Position numbers and translations under genes: made by a program
Part shown: piece by piece, positions 43,723 through 53,983 of the stretch
Position numbering within the stretch: the first letter of the stretch is position 1
Layout: each line of letters opens with the position of its first letter
The notes under the pieces: model-generated
The model's input: the letters and a program-made list of their open reading frames with translations, nothing else
Database searches by the model: none
What the model was told of the DNA's origin: nothing
Source of the DNA: Anaerolineae bacterium
Lineage (GTDB): Bacteria; Chloroflexota; Anaerolineae; VGOG01
Length of the DNA: 64,000 bases
Reading direction: 5' to 3'
Assembly (NCBI GenBank): GCA_034431315.1
Contig: DAOUDK010000004.1
Location: forward strand, 15,975-79,974

Positions 43723-44877
43723 CTAATGATAACGAATGCGCGGGTCGAGAAAGGCATAGCCAATGTCGGCCACCAGGTGGCTGACCAGCGTCATCATGCC
43801 CAGTATCGTCAACACACCCATGGCCAGCGGGATGTCTTCAGAGGTCGCCGCTTTTAGCAGCGTCAGCCCGATGCCCGGCCACGAAAAGATGGTCTCGGTG
43901 ATGATGCCGCCGCTAATGACACCGCCGATACTGAACACCAGGCCGGTCCACACCGGCAGCAGCGCGTTCCTGGCGGCGTGCTTGTCGCGCACCGTTTTGT
44001 CGGGCAACCCCTTGGCCCGCGCCGTCAGGACATAGTCCTCGCGCAGCGTCTCCAGCATGCTGGTGCGCATCAGCAGCATGGTGCCGCCGTAGCCGATCAG
44101 CGTCACGGTCAGCACCGGCAAGATGAGGTGGCTGACGATGTCCCACGCCAGGGGCGCCCACCCGCTACCCAGCCAATACAACAGCACGCCGCCCGCCGGG
44201 AGCAGCAGGCTGGCAACCCGCAGGGGCAGGCGCCGCTCCCGCGGCACCCGGTTGGAGGCCAGGAACCCCAGGAACGCCACCAGCAGAGCGATCAGGGCGG
44301 TCAAGAAAATCCTGCTAAAGATGGCGTTGGCCGAAGGGATGTCGGGATCGAGCCACTCCAGTGGGTCGAGGAACTTGCCCGCCGGGAGCCAGTCCAGCTT
44401 GACCGCAAACAGCCAGATCATCATCAGGGCGAACCAGGGGGTAAAGACCGTGTACAGCGTCACCCCGGCTATCGTGGAAGAGTACTCGACAAACCCGCCC
44501 CGGCGCCAGGCCAGGACCTTGCCGGTCATATAGCCGGCCCAGAACGAGACGATGGAGGCCGTGAGGAACAACACCACCGTGCGCGGCAGTCGCTCCTTGA
44601 TAATGTCTAGCACCGGCCTGGGGTACATCACGAACGAAACACCCAGGTCGCCTCGGTAAAAGTTGCCGATATACGTGAGCATCCGCTCCAACGGTGGGCG
44701 GTCCAGTCCCAACTCGGCACGCAGCCGCTGGGTCTCGGCAGGGGGAATCTCAGGGTTCAGGGTCAAAAGATCGGCGATATCACCAGGCTGGGCGTCAATC
44801 AAAAAGTAGGTGATCATCTGGAACAGCAGCAGGGTGACGAGCATCTGCAGCAAGCGTTTGCCCAAGAATCTCCACAT
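43723..44877 (-). CDS. oppB: Opp/Dpp permease B
   Basis: DYVLTARAKGL, ETIFSWPGIG. Confidence 0.92.
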   Translation of the reverse strand: MWRFLGKRLLQMLVTLLLFQMITYFLIDAQPGDIADLLTLNPEIPPAETQRLRAELGLDRPPLERMLTYIGNFYRGDLGVSFVMYPRPVLDIIKERLPRTVVLFLTASIVSFWAGYMTGKVLAWRRGGFVEYSSTIAGVTLYTVFTPWFALMMIWLFAVKLDWLPAGKFLDPLEWLDPDIPSANAIFSRIFLTALIALLVAFLGFLASNRVPRERRLPLRVASLLLPAGGVLLYWLGSGWAPLAWDIVSHLILPVLTVTLIGYGGTMLLMRTSMLETLREDYVLTARAKGLPDKTVRDKHAARNALLPVWTGLVFSIGGVISGGIITETIFSWPGIGLTLLKAATSEDIPLAMGVLTILGMMTLVSHLVADIGYAFLDPRIRYH

Positions 44878-45061
44878 ATCCTGCGCTCCTCTCTGGGGGA
44901 GGCAAACGGAACGAGAGTCCGTTGAATGAATCCAACGTCCGTTATAGAAAACCTGCTCAAGCAGGTTAGTATATCTGTTTACCCGTTTTAACGGGTTTCC
45001 GTAGTAGCAGCCCAGAATTCATTCCTGGGCTGCTGGGCGAATCCGCGTAGTGGAAACATAC

Positions 45062-45090
45062 GGGAGCGGGCGGGTGACCCGCCCGCTCCC
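45062..45090 (-). terminator. Strong GC hairpin downstream of the second oppA
   Basis: GGGAGCGGGCGGG-TGA-CCCGCCCGCTCCC; the U-tract is weak. Confidence 0.55.
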
Positions 45091-45141
45091 ATTCTCACAT
45101 AGTGCGTTGCGTTAGCTACCGCTCAGAGGACCCCGCAGCCA

Positions 45142-47307
45142 CTAATAGCTGAGTGGTATGGCGTCCGTCTGGAACCCGGCCGCATCCACGAGCCCGCCCA
45201 GCACCTCAGTGTACGGGAAGATGATGTTGTCGCGGGCCAGGTCGGTCACCTGCTTGTAGAACAGCGGGATGTATGGCCGCAGATCTGCGAGCATCACCTG
45301 CGCCTCGAAGATGATCTCCTGCGCCCTGGCGAGGTCACTCGTAGCCATGAACTCGTCAATCAGGGCGTCATACTCATCGCTGTGCATCCCCGGCGTGTTA
45401 TTGTTGCCCGAGACGGCGGTGTCGTTGCGGCTGTGCCAGAAGGACTCAAAGTAGTCGGGGAAGGCCACGTTGCCCAGGCTCCAGCCCAGGATGTACAGGT
45501 CAAAGTCGGAGTCCACGAACACCGGGTTGAGGATGGTGTTAAAGCCGGACAGCTCGGACTCCACCGGCATGCCCAGCTCGCGCGCCCACTCGGAGATCCA
45601 CTGGTTGAACGTAGCGCGCAGCGGGTCGTAGGCCGGGCCAGGCCCCAGGATGGTGAGCGGCTGCATCGGCTCGCCGTTGGGCATGGTGATGCCCTCGCCG
45701 GGGACGACGTCCTGCGCAGTCGAATCCTCCGGATCCCATTCCGGTTTCTTATCCCAGGTCCAACCGGCCTCTTCCAGCACCTCGATGGCCTTGTTCAGGC
45801 GATCCCCGCGGGACATACCGATGTAGGGCTTGGGGACGTCGGGGTTGTGCCAGAACCCGTTGCCAGGCGGCATGGCGGAGTACATGGGGAAGACGACGCC
45901 GGCCAGGACGCTGTTGACCACGAACTCCTTGTCCATGAGGATGTCGAAGGCCTGGCGGAACTCGTACTCGGACATGGGGTACTTGCGCATGTTGAAGGCC
46001 AGGTAGAACATCCCATAGTCGGCGTTGGTGTAGGTCCGGATGCCTTCACCCTTCATTGCCTGCTCTTTCAAGCCGCGCGCGATCCCCAACGGTTGCAACA
46101 CATAGTCCACCTCGCCACCGGCCAGGGCCAAAAAGGCCGCGTCCTGCGAGCCGTAGATCGAAAAGATGACGTTCGGGGCGTAGGGACCGGAGGTGAAGCG
46201 TAAGATCTCCTCCCCCGTGGCGTCACCGTAGGCCTGCCAGGCCGTGCCATCGGGCAGGGTCAGCATCCACGTGCCGTCGTCATACTCGACGATCTCGGCG
46301 TCCTTGAAGTAATAGTTGGCGTTGGCAGTCCGTTGGGCGAACGCGCCGAGCTCCCACTTGTCGGTGAGCATGCCACCGAACCCAGGCTGGCCGGTCGCAT
46401 CGGCCGCGTACAGAGTCTCGCGGGCATTCACAAAGGCCTCGTTGTAGGCCTTACAGGCCTCGCTGGGCTCCTCGACGGTGCAGTCGTCATCCGCGGGGGG
46501 CTCTTCCAGGCCCTCGATAAAGGCGTAGCCTTCGGCCACCGCGTCGGCCCAAAAGTGCTCAGGCAGGATCGGGGCCAGGGCGATACCCGCGTTCCACGTT
46601 CCCAGGCTGGGCGCCGCGTCGAACGTATATTTCACCGTGTAGTCGTCCAGGGCCTCGGCCGTCACCCCGACGCCCGCCGGCTCGCAGGCGTTCGGCCAGT
46701 TCTGGGTCAGCTTTAGATCCTTGCAGGCATTGTGGGTAAAGACCACGTCGTGGGCCGTGACCGGCTCGCCGTCGCTCCACTCGGCGTCCTGCACCATCTC
46801 GACCGTCATGGTCCAGGCGTCGCCCTCCTGGACGGGAGAGATCAGGTCCTTGGCCAGGGACGGCACAAAGTCGAAGCGCTGGTCCGAGAGGGTGTACAGG
46901 CCCGCAGCAAGGCCGCCTATCACGTACTGGGTCCAAACCGAACTGCCGGGGCCGAGGTAGTTCCAGTAGTTCAGCGTGACCGGGTCCTCAAAGAGCGCGA
47001 TCTTGTAGATCCCGATCTCCGCTTCCTTCTCCGGCTCGGGGGTCGGCTCGACCACTACTTCCACTTCCTTGATCACTTCCACCGTCTGCTTGACTATCAC
47101 AGTCCTGACGACCTCTTTCTCGACGACCACTTCCTTCTCGACCACTACGGGCACTTCCTTGATCACCTCTATTTCTCTGATCACCTCTACCTCGACCGGC
47201 ACTTCCTTCTCGATCACTATAGGAGTCGGCTGGGCGCAGCCCGGGAGTATCATGGCGGCTACTGCCACCAAGGCGATCAGGGTCATCCACTTCTTGTTGC
47301 TAAACAT
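45142..47307 (-). CDS. oppA: Family 5 solute-binding lipoprotein with a VIKEV repeat stalk
   Basis: Lipobox ILPGC, EWSDGEPVTAHDVVFT, YLAFNM; signal peptide almost identical to the oppA starting at 39447. Confidence 0.9.
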   Translation of the reverse strand: MFSNKKWMTLIALVAVAAMILPGCAQPTPIVIEKEVPVEVEVIREIEVIKEVPVVVEKEVVVEKEVVRTVIVKQTVEVIKEVEVVVEPTPEPEKEAEIGIYKIALFEDPVTLNYWNYLGPGSSVWTQYVIGGLAAGLYTLSDQRFDFVPSLAKDLISPVQEGDAWTMTVEMVQDAEWSDGEPVTAHDVVFTHNACKDLKLTQNWPNACEPAGVGVTAEALDDYTVKYTFDAAPSLGTWNAGIALAPILPEHFWADAVAEGYAFIEGLEEPPADDDCTVEEPSEACKAYNEAFVNARETLYAADATGQPGFGGMLTDKWELGAFAQRTANANYYFKDAEIVEYDDGTWMLTLPDGTAWQAYGDATGEEILRFTSGPYAPNVIFSIYGSQDAAFLALAGGEVDYVLQPLGIARGLKEQAMKGEGIRTYTNADYGMFYLAFNMRKYPMSEYEFRQAFDILMDKEFVVNSVLAGVVFPMYSAMPPGNGFWHNPDVPKPYIGMSRGDRLNKAIEVLEEAGWTWDKKPEWDPEDSTAQDVVPGEGITMPNGEPMQPLTILGPGPAYDPLRATFNQWISEWARELGMPVESELSGFNTILNPVFVDSDFDLYILGWSLGNVAFPDYFESFWHSRNDTAVSGNNNTPGMHSDEYDALIDEFMATSDLARAQEIIFEAQVMLADLRPYIPLFYKQVTDLARDNIIFPYTEVLGGLVDAAGFQTDAIPLSY

Positions 47308-47420
47308 TCTTTCCTCCTTTTTGTTTTGTTTGTTTGTGTTGCAAAATGCGAATCAACCTGGGGGCAGAAGCCCCCTCCTCTACCTTTCTGCTCCCGCTTC
47401 ATCACCTCCTCTCCTGGTGT

Positions 47421-47592
47421 AGAGCTCCCGGAAAGTCTTTGAAACCGCTCCCAGCCCCCGTCCCCAGGGGCGTCGCTGGCGAAGCGGTGTCCTGAGCCTG
47501 CCGAAGGGTCGAGCCGCAAGATCCGCCCCGCGGCCTGTACTGAGCTTGCCGAAGTGACGAGGCTCCGAGCACTTTCCGAGAGAGCTCAGTGC
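47421..47592. mobile_element. ~170-bp MITE-like insertion in the oppA leader
   Basis: Absent from the homologous leader at about 39530-39570; imperfect termini GAGCTC-CCGGAAAGT / ACTTTCCGAGAGAGCTC; internal CTGAGC(C/T)TGCCGAAG repeats. Confidence 0.6.
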
Positions 47593-47715
47593 TTACTGGT
47601 TGGAGATAACCGTTCTCTCCAACTTGGAGACGCTACCCCACCTATATTATACCATAAGATGGGCCAAAGGTACACTCTTGAGACAGCGGCGGTATTTCAA
47701 CCACAAACAGGCCCT

Positions 47716-48699
47716 TCACCCCACTCGGTGACAAGCCGCCCAGTGCTCGCTGCCCACTTCCTTGAATTCCGGATCTTCTTTTTTACAGATATCCATCACC
47801 ACCGGGCAGCGAGGGTTGAAGTTGCAACCCTCGGGCGGATTGGCCGGGCTGGGTACGTCACCCTCCAGGATGGTGCGCTGCCGTCTCTCCTCCACCACAG
47901 GGTCTGGGATGGGCACGGCCGAGAGCAGGGCCTGGGTGTAGGGATGGAGGGGATTCTCGTAGAGCTCGGCGCGACCGGTGAGCTCCACGATCTTTCCCAG
48001 GTACATCACCGCCACCCGGTTGCTGATGTGGCGCACCATGCTCAGGTCGTGAGCGATGAAGAGATAGGCCATACCGAACTGCTCCTGCAGATCCTCCAGG
48101 AGGTTCACGATCTGAGCCTGGATGGAGACGTCTACGGACGAGACCGGCTCGTCACAAACTACGAACGAGGGGTTTAGAGCCAAGGCTCGAGCTACACCTA
48201 TGCGCTGCCGTTGCCCACCAGAGAACTCGTGAGGATAGCGATTGATGAAATAGGGGTTCAAACCCACCACACGCAGCAACTCTTGGACTCGCTCCCTTTT
48301 CTCCTTGCCTTTGGCGATGTTATGCACCTCCAGGGGCTCGCCAATGATGCTGCCGATGGTCATGCGGGGGTTAAGAGAGGCGTAAGGATCCTGGAAGATC
48401 ATCTGCATTCTGCGGCGCATACGCCTCAGTGGCTCTCCTTTCATCGCACTGAGTTCCTGGCCCTCGAAATAGACCTGCCCCTCGGTAGGCCGATAGAGTT
48501 GCAGGAGGGTGCGGCCTGTGGTTGTCTTGCCACAACCGCTTTCCCCAACCAGGCCCAAGGTCTCGCCCCGTCGGACGGAAAAGCTGACACCGTCCACGGC
48601 CTTAATGTCACCTGCGTGCCTTTGAAATATACCCCGTGTGATAGGGAAATACTTCTTTAGATTCTCCACTCTGACCAAAATCTCGTTTTCAGTTGTCAT
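47716..48699 (-). CDS. oppF: Oligopeptide ABC ATPase OppF
   Basis: [25 protein letters not shown]. Confidence 0.93.
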   Translation of the reverse strand: MTTENEILVRVENLKKYFPITRGIFQRHAGDIKAVDGVSFSVRRGETLGLVGESGCGKTTTGRTLLQLYRPTEGQVYFEGQELSAMKGEPLRRMRRRMQMIFQDPYASLNPRMTIGSIIGEPLEVHNIAKGKEKRERVQELLRVVGLNPYFINRYPHEFSGGQRQRIGVARALALNPSFVVCDEPVSSVDVSIQAQIVNLLEDLQEQFGMAYLFIAHDLSMVRHISNRVAVMYLGKIVELTGRAELYENPLHPYTQALLSAVPIPDPVVEERRQRTILEGDVPSPANPPEGCNFNPRCPVVMDICKKEDPEFKEVGSEHWAACHRVG

Positions 48700-48708
48700 T
48701 TGTGCCTC

Positions 48709-49701
48709 CTAATTTGCAGGCTTGTTAGGCTGCGAACTTCTCACGTCTACCCAACAGGCTATTTCATGGCCAATGGTGATAGGCTCTAGGGGTGGCGTCT
48801 CCTCCCAGCAGCGATCAATGACGTAGTCGCACCGGGGCGCGAAGGGACAGCCGGGCTGCGGATCAATCAGGTCGGGTGGCATCCCCCTCATGGAGAACAG
48901 TCTCTCGCGAACCTCGTCCAGGCGTGGCAGCGACGCCAGCAGGCCGATGGTGTAGGGATGCCGTGGGTCGCCGTAGACATCCTTGACGCTGGCTCGCTCC
49001 ACGATGTAGCCGGCATACATGACGATGAGCTTTTCGGCCAATCCGGCGACTACCCCCAGGTCGTGGGTGATCCAAACGACGGCCATGCCGATGTCGTCCC
49101 TGAGCCTCTTCACGAGCTCAACGATCTGAGCCTGGATGGTGACGTCCAGGGCGGTGGTGGGCTCGTCGGCGATGAGGATGCGGGGGTTGCAGGAGAGGGC
49201 CATGGCGATCATCACCCTCTGACGCATTCCACCGGAGAACTGATGGGGATAATCGTCGTGGCGGTTTGCTGCCTCGGGGATGCCCACCATCTCCAGAAGC
49301 TCGACGGTGCGCTGGCGGGCCTGGTGTTTGTTCATGTCCATGTGCAGCTCCAGGGCCTCGTCAATCTGCCGCCCAATGGTCAAAACGGGGTTGAGTGAAG
49401 TCATGGGGTCCTGGAACACCATGGCGATCTTGTTCCCTCTCACCTTACGCACATCGTCCGAGTCCATCTTCAGTATGTCCCGTCCTTCGAATAGCACCTC
49501 ACCCCCAACGATCTTGCCCGGAGGCTCAGGGATGAGGCGCATGATAGAAAGGACGCTCACGCTCTTGCCGCACCCCGATTCGCCCACGATCCCCAGTGTC
49601 CCCCCCTCCTCGAGGTCGTAGGAGATGCCGTTGACGGCGTGAACCACTCCGTCTTCGGTGAAAAAGCGGGTCTTCAGGCCCTTTACTTCTAATAACGCCA
49701 T
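48709..49701 (-). CDS. oppD: Oligopeptide ABC ATPase OppD
   Basis: [24 protein letters not shown]. Confidence 0.93.
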   Translation of the reverse strand: MALLEVKGLKTRFFTEDGVVHAVNGISYDLEEGGTLGIVGESGCGKSVSVLSIMRLIPEPPGKIVGGEVLFEGRDILKMDSDDVRKVRGNKIAMVFQDPMTSLNPVLTIGRQIDEALELHMDMNKHQARQRTVELLEMVGIPEAANRHDDYPHQFSGGMRQRVMIAMALSCNPRILIADEPTTALDVTIQAQIVELVKRLRDDIGMAVVWITHDLGVVAGLAEKLIVMYAGYIVERASVKDVYGDPRHPYTIGLLASLPRLDEVRERLFSMRGMPPDLIDPQPGCPFAPRCDYVIDRCWEETPPLEPITIGHEIACWVDVRSSQPNKPAN

Positions 49702-49728
49702 TTTTATTCCTCCTCCTCTAGTTTATAG

Positions 49729-51426
49729 CTATTTGCTGATCGAGACGTACTTCAGCTTGGGGATGATGACCGCTGGGTAGATCATCCCCTCTACGTATGG
49801 TTTAGTCAGCCAGTAATCTACATTGTGGGTCAGCGGCACTATCGGGGCGTCATCCAGGATCATCTCTTCAGCCAGTTGGTAAAGCTCCATGCGCTTGTCA
49901 AAATCCTGCTCTCCCCGAGCCTCCTCCAGGAGACTGTCAACTTTGGGGTTGGAGTACCCTGTATCATTGTTGCGGCTCTCGCTGTGAAACAGGATGTCCA
50001 GAAAATCCTGGGGGTCAGGATAATCGGCTATCCAGCCTGCAGTCAGGCCGAACATCTGGTAACGGTGAGCCCTCAAATCCCAGAGATAGGTCGCCCATTC
50101 GGTTTGCTCGACGGCGATGTCCACCCCCAGGTTCTGTTTGTACATCTCTACGATAGTTGCTACCTGCCCGGCTGCCGCCCCACCTCCGCCGGAGATGTTG
50201 AGCGTTATCTTCGGCAGATTGCTGGCGTCGCCGTATCGGGATTCGGCGATGAGCTGGCGGGCCCTCTCCGGATCGTAGGGATAGCCTTTTAGATTCTCGT
50301 TGTATCCTGGCATGCCGGGAGGGAGGATGCCCTTCGCCTGGGCCTGCATGTTCTTCAATACCACTTCCACGTATTTGTCTTTGTCAATCGCATAGTTAAA
50401 GGCCTGACGCACCTTCTGGTCGTCGAAAGGGGGCTTCTGGACATTGAACCCAATGTAGAAGAGGCTCAGAATGGGGGTGGTCGAGAGCTCTTCGTTCAGC
50501 GGGTTGGATGGATCTGAGACTCGCTCAATGTCGGCCAGGCTCACGGGTACAGCATCCAATTCGCCGGTCTCGTACATAGTCATCGGCGAGCCTATGGCTA
50601 GCATAAAGTTCACCCGTTCCAGGGCGGGCCTGGGGGTGCCGTAGTACGCCTCGTTCCGCTCCAGCACGATTCTGAAGTCCAACTGGTACTCGGCCAGGCG
50701 GAAGGGGCCGGTGCCGTTGGGCTGGTCTGTCCAGGGCTGAGCAGGGTCTTCCACGTTCTCTTGATCTACGACAAAGGCGGTGGGGTAGGTCAACTTGGAG
50801 AGGAAGTAGGCCTTGGGGGAATCAATGGTGATCTCCAGGGTGTGATCGTCAACCACCAGCACACCTGAAACCTCGTCGGCCTCGCCGCGCAGCTTGGCCT
50901 GGGCTCCGATGATATCGCCTAAGTAGGTATCGGCCACCAGCGATCCGGTAGCTGGATCACAGGCCCGCTCAAGGGAGTACTTGAAGTCCTGGGCTGTGAC
51001 TGGCTTGCCATCGTGGAACCTGACGTCATCGTGAAGGTGGAAGGTATAGGTTGTACCGTCATCGCTCAATTCCCAGCTCTCAGCGATGTCGGGCACTACC
51101 TCCAAGTCCTGGTTCAGGGTTACCAGGCCGCTGAAAATTTCTACTATGTATGATGCTGAGGTGGAATCCTGGGTGAGGGCGGGGTCCAGGGTGGGGGGAG
51201 CGCCTCCCGGCAAGTTAAGCGTGGCGCCGGGTTGAGTCGGCGGCTTGGCCTCAAGTGTTGCTCTGATGCCTGGCAAGGACTTGCTGGACGGAGCGAGCCT
51301 TTCCAGGAGTTCCAGTCCTTCACCCTGCTGATACCATAAAAAGAGGATACTGCTGCCGCAGGCCATCAGCAAGCAGGCCACGACTGCTATGGTTATGGGT
51401 ATCCAAATCCATCTCTTTCTAGGCAC
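49729..51426 (-). CDS. oppA: Membrane-anchored family 5 peptide-binding protein
   Basis: TLDPA, IFSGLV, FHDGKPVTAQDF, NGTGPF; GTG start after GGAGG. Confidence 0.9.
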   Translation of the reverse strand: MPRKRWIWIPITIAVVACLLMACGSSILFLWYQQGEGLELLERLAPSSKSLPGIRATLEAKPPTQPGATLNLPGGAPPTLDPALTQDSTSASYIVEIFSGLVTLNQDLEVVPDIAESWELSDDGTTYTFHLHDDVRFHDGKPVTAQDFKYSLERACDPATGSLVADTYLGDIIGAQAKLRGEADEVSGVLVVDDHTLEITIDSPKAYFLSKLTYPTAFVVDQENVEDPAQPWTDQPNGTGPFRLAEYQLDFRIVLERNEAYYGTPRPALERVNFMLAIGSPMTMYETGELDAVPVSLADIERVSDPSNPLNEELSTTPILSLFYIGFNVQKPPFDDQKVRQAFNYAIDKDKYVEVVLKNMQAQAKGILPPGMPGYNENLKGYPYDPERARQLIAESRYGDASNLPKITLNISGGGGAAAGQVATIVEMYKQNLGVDIAVEQTEWATYLWDLRAHRYQMFGLTAGWIADYPDPQDFLDILFHSESRNNDTGYSNPKVDSLLEEARGEQDFDKRMELYQLAEEMILDDAPIVPLTHNVDYWLTKPYVEGMIYPAVIIPKLKYVSISK

Positions 51427-51453
51427 TCATCCTCCTGCAGATACCCCTTTGCC

Positions 51454-51807
51454 TCAGCAGATTGTCACTGCTGCCGTAGTCATCATTGATAGCAAGAGAT
51501 TCTCTCTCCAGATGAGATACGAGCGTTCCTGTGGAGTGAGCCTGGAGTCCCAACCCACTTCCAGCGGGGCGATAATGCCCAATGCCCAAGCTTGCAGGGC
51601 AGAAGCGAACTGTCGCCAGGGCCGCTCCACTCCCGGTTGGCTGGGCATGGCCTGGGAGCGCATCATTAGCCTGGTCTGAATATTCTGCCAGACCTGGGGC
51701 GAGGGCTCCTCGCCAGCCACTTCGTCCAGAAGAGCCCAGCGGATCAACTCGTCCAGTCCATCCAGGGGTTGCCCCTCCATCTCTGGCTGGATTCTATGAG
51801 AACTCAT
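51454..51807 (-). CDS. Putative soluble anti-sigma factor
   Basis: Overlaps the ECF sigma 3' end; EPSPQVWQNIQTRL resembles the anti-sigma N-terminal helix. Confidence 0.45.
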   Translation of the reverse strand: MSSHRIQPEMEGQPLDGLDELIRWALLDEVAGEEPSPQVWQNIQTRLMMRSQAMPSQPGVERPWRQFASALQAWALGIIAPLEVGWDSRLTPQERSYLIWRENLLLSMMTTAAVTIC

Positions 51808-52375
51808 AGGCCACCTCCGGCGACAGACGCCTATCCCTTTCCAGCTTGCGACGCAGATTCCGACGAGCATAATGTAGACGAGACTTCACTGTACCCACTG
51901 GGCAATCCAAGATATAGGCTATCTCATTCAGGCTAAAACCATTCAGGTAGAACAAAACGATCACAACTCTATGTTTGAATCTTAAGGATGCAATGGCTTT
52001 CTGGATAACACGTTGCACCTCTCCCCTCTCCAGGATGGACTCAGGCAAGGTGCGTGGGCCTGCCGCCAGGTGGTCAATTACATCTTCAAAAGGCTTCAGC
52101 CAACGGCTCCTTTTGTTGGCCCAGTTGTAGCTCAGGTTCACGGTCACCCGATGCAGCCAAGGAGACAAGGGGAGGGAGCCATCGAGTCTGTCAATGTGGG
52201 TATAGACTTTCAAAAAGCAATCTTGGAGGATGTCTTCCGCAGCCGCCCGATCGTGAGTGATGGCCAGGGCCGTTCGATACACTAGTACTTTGTGTTTCTC
52301 GTACAGGGCTTTCAGGGCCAGGATGTCCCCCTGGCGAATCTGAGAGATCAATCGGCCGTCTTCACTGAGCGACAT
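51794..52375 (-). CDS. ECF (sigma70 group 4) RNA polymerase sigma factor
   Basis: Region 2 (AAAEDILQDCFLKVY, WLHRVTVN) and region 4 (EIAYILDCPVGTVKSRLHYAR). Confidence 0.93.
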   Translation of the reverse strand: MSLSEDGRLISQIRQGDILALKALYEKHKVLVYRTALAITHDRAAAEDILQDCFLKVYTHIDRLDGSLPLSPWLHRVTVNLSYNWANKRSRWLKPFEDVIDHLAAGPRTLPESILERGEVQRVIQKAIASLRFKHRVVIVLFYLNGFSLNEIAYILDCPVGTVKSRLHYARRNLRRKLERDRRLSPEVAYEFS

Positions 52376-52526
52376 AACGTGCTCTCCCAATTAGTACGGT
52401 AGCAGGTGATGACCTCTCCTGCTTATACACAAGCAGGGGAGGTAAAAGGTTCAGATCTGTTCTTTCAGGCTTCTTATTTTAAAGGTAATGGGCCAAAAAG
52501 TCAAATGACTGCATTGCCAAAACCTA

Positions 52527-53078
52527 TTAGCCCTCAGTTGCGCTCAAGTCCAGGCGAAGAAGCAGAACGCTGAGCAGACCAGCAATGCTCTTGCCATCGC
52601 AGATCTCGCCCTGGCTGACCATGGCTGGTATGTCAGATAGCGCGACCTTGATGGTCTCGATGGCCTCATCGTCCTCAGGGGCTGGGTGGCCCTTTTGCAA
52701 GCCGGTTGCCAGATAAAGATGAATATATTCGGTGCAAAAGCCAGGGCTTGTATAAAGGCCGCCTATTTGCTCCAGGCACTCGGCCCGGTAACCGGTTTCC
52801 TCTATTAACTCGCGTCGGGCGCAGGTGATTGGCTCCTCGCCAGCTTCCAGCGTGCCGGCGGGAATCTCCAGCAGTCTCCTTTCCGCCCCCTTGCGGAACT
52901 GGCGCACCAAAATGACGTTATCGTCCTCATCCAAAGCAACCACGGCCACCGCTCCTGGGTGCTCGACAATCTCCCGCCTGGTCAGCCTGCCATTTTCCAG
53001 GCGAACGGTGTCCACGCGCAGGTTGACAAGCCGGCCCTCGTATACTTGCTGGCTGGCCACAGTCGTTTCCGTGCCCAA
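52527..53078 (-). CDS. nudF: NUDIX hydrolase, ADP-ribose pyrophosphatase-like
   Basis: EHPGAVAVV, VRQFR, LEIPAGTLEAGE..ARRELIEETG, SPG. Confidence 0.85.
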   Translation of the reverse strand: MGTETTVASQQVYEGRLVNLRVDTVRLENGRLTRREIVEHPGAVAVVALDEDDNVILVRQFRKGAERRLLEIPAGTLEAGEEPITCARRELIEETGYRAECLEQIGGLYTSPGFCTEYIHLYLATGLQKGHPAPEDDEAIETIKVALSDIPAMVSQGEICDGKSIAGLLSVLLLRLDLSATEG

Positions 53079-53103
53079 ACTTGTCTCCTACAGGAAGAGA
53101 GCG

Positions 53104-53220
53104 ATCCAGACCTCGTAAGCGACAGCCGTTTTCAGATGCGATTCTGCCAGCAAACCAACCGGGGATAATCGAGGCAGCTTTGGCAGCAGAGACACTACCG
53201 GAAACCTCCGAGGTCTTAAG
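53104..53220. repeat. AGACCTCGGAGGTT element, copy 2 (reverse orientation, degenerate left end)
   Basis: Reverse-complement match to 18334-18439 over most of its length. Confidence 0.88.
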
Positions 53221-53224
53221 CTAT

Positions 53225-53881
53225 TCAGGGAATGACCAACCTCTGCCCCGAGTGGATGAGGTTGACATTGCTGATGTTGTTAGCTACCGCGAGGGCCTCT
53301 ACCGTGACGCCGTATTTGAGGGCGATGCGGAACAGGTTATCCCCTGGCTGCACCACGTGAGCTCCCGTTGGTACGGTCGGGGCCGTTCCTTCGGCGGGAA
53401 TGATCAGCCTCTGGCCGGTGTTGATGAGGTCGGGGTTGATGATCCCGTTGGCGGCGGCAACGGCCTGATAAGTCATTCCGTAATGCAAGGAGATGCGGAA
53501 CAGATTCTCCCCCGGCTGCACCACGTGGGTTCTCTCGCCTGAAGGCGCCGTCGTTGGAGCCGCCGTTGGGACTGCTGTTGGGGCAGTCGTCGGGACGGGT
53601 GTTGAGGTAGGAGCGACGGTAGGGGTAGTGTCCGCTGCGGTGGTGGGTGTTGGGGTAGCGGCTTCGGGACTGGGCGTGGGCGTGGTTTCTGGAGTGCCCT
53701 CAGGGGTTGGGGTGGACGAGGCAACAGGGACAACTGTGCGTCCCGTTGCAACAGCGGCCGCTGTTGTCGGGGTTACGTCCACATCGGAGACGACAGCGGG
53801 TTTGGCCCGCCTGCAGCCAGCCATCAGAGCGACGAGAAGCAGGGCCAAAGCGACCAGGGCAAGCGCATTCTTCTTCTTCAT
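53225..53881 (-). CDS. Lipoprotein with a Pro/Thr stalk and two LysM domains
   Basis: LMAGC lipobox; HVVQPGENLFRISLHYG and HVVQPGDNLFRIALKYG. Confidence 0.92.
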   Translation of the reverse strand: MKKKNALALVALALLLVALMAGCRRAKPAVVSDVDVTPTTAAAVATGRTVVPVASSTPTPEGTPETTPTPSPEAATPTPTTAADTTPTVAPTSTPVPTTAPTAVPTAAPTTAPSGERTHVVQPGENLFRISLHYGMTYQAVAAANGIINPDLINTGQRLIIPAEGTAPTVPTGAHVVQPGDNLFRIALKYGVTVEALAVANNISNVNLIHSGQRLVIP

Positions 53882-53927
53882 GGTAGCCTCCTCCTTTGAA
53901 AAGAGCAACGGCGATTAAGCTAGGTAA

Positions 53928-53956
53928 ATCATACCACAACTAGCCCATTCAGTCAA
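53928..53956 (-). promoter_or_regulatory. Sigma70-type promoter
   Basis: TTGACT-17 nt-TATGAT on the minus strand upstream of the LysM gene. Confidence 0.75.
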
Positions 53957-53983
53957 GAATGAAAAAGAGGTTTGAGGGCATCA

